Position numbers and translations under genes: made by a program. From NCBI RefSeq assembly GCF_964204645.1, contig NC_134028.1, positions 5,766,001 to 5,830,000 on the forward strand: DNA of 64,000 bases. The letters are read 5' to 3'. Under the pieces are notes generated by a model. The model saw nothing but the letters and a program-made list of their open reading frames with translations. It did no database searches and had not been told where the DNA came from. Positions 62,706 to 64,000 of this stretch are shown one piece after another (position 1 is the first letter of the stretch; every line of letters begins with the position of its first letter). Source of the stretch: Tubulanus polymorphus. Taxonomy: Eukaryota; Animalia; Nemertea.

Positions 62706-64000
62706 ACAAGTGACTCCACAAGTTTCAGTCAACAAGTCCCCCCTGCGCACTAAGGCCAGCCTAGCTATCGTCTTCAAAAAATTATACCAATTACGAAGAT
62801 ACAATATCTCAATCTGCTACCACCGACAGTGGTTGGCAGGAACAAATACTTCGGATCGGTTTGTTTTCCTATATGAATCTGAAAATGAATGAAATTGATC
62901 AGAACTGAATTTGGTTTTTTTGTCGAATATAATTAACTTGATATTGAATTTGCTGATCTGCCACTTAATGGTTTAATTTAATTCATATGACTATTAATAC
63001 TTCATTAAAGTTTCTGAATCTCAAGCTGTACCAACTAAGAATGCGTTACATTGATTTCAACTGCTTAGTGAAATATGGCTTAATCGAGTCACGATGATAG
63101 TTCAAAAGATCGAGAGGTACATTTGAATTTTTCAATTGTTGATAACCATCAATTTAATTTTAACCATTAGAATATTGCAGTGGAACTTCTTCAATATACA
63201 GGAGGAAAAATGATGCTCATGTGCCCATAAACCCTTTGAGTAACTAGGTTACTATAGGGTATAGACATATTCATGTAAAATGTACCGCATTCTTTAAAAT
63301 AGTCATTTGAACGGTTCACAAAGTAAATTGATATCTTGTCTCCAGTCATTCTTATAGAATTGTGGTCTTGGAAATATATGGTTGGGACAAACTTTTCTGA
63401 ACATCTACCTCGGGGATTTTTTAAAACTTAGTGAGATTTTAAACTATGTAAATTTACATGTTCCAACCATAAATTACCAAAAGAGACTGGTAGATACGCA
63501 TATTGCATATTTCGAAATGAATTCACTTGTAAACTATTCTTTGAAGAATTAAATCGCCTCCATCAAACTTAAAATATTACATCTATATTTACATACTATC
63601 AATGATACTTTTAAATTTAGTGCTTAAAACGTATCCATTTACCCAATATTATTCAAATTAATATCTAAAAAATCGTTTTGTATTCATTGTTTTTAACATT
63701 CGAGTATCATTCTTGTAAATCGCTTAGAAACGCACATATAAGACGGTATAACAATCATTACCTGGAATTGAATAATAATGGTAATACCATTATTATTCAA
63801 TTTCATTTGAAAAGCGAACTCCATAGCCGCGCAATAGAGGGTAAAAAAGTCAGAGCAGATCCAGGTGGCTAGAGGCTAACTTCAGGCATTCAATGAATTC
63901 ACACAGTTATCTGTAAAGAAAATATAAGATTAGACAATAGTCCTTTCATATTAAAGCAGCTTTTTGCTAAAGCAGCATCTCACTGAAACTTCAACAAAAA

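Overview
AT-rich, intron-containing animal genomic DNA, most consistent with an invertebrate bilaterian such as a lophotrochozoan (taxon is inference). It is not prokaryotic. I could reconstruct spliced genes by hand for MEIOB (-), NRDE2 (+), a TMEM72-like gene (+), SIRT1 (+), TTC26/IFT56 (-) and TSR3 (+). An intronless class A GPCR is nested on the same strand inside NRDE2 intron 5. There are also three to five uncharacterised genes, a decayed L2/CR1-type LINE, many MITEs, a 48-49-bp minisatellite with higher-order structure, and a ~942-bp tandem array whose units each carry a degenerate hammerhead-ribozyme-like motif. The most notable observations are the nested GPCR (with CWxP changed to CWIT), the ~942-bp array, a 13-aa repeat tail on NRDE2, and a GC-AG intron in an unknown membrane-protein gene. 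Exon boundaries were read by eye and may be off by a few bases. Homology calls come from my recollection of the human proteins; no database search was run.
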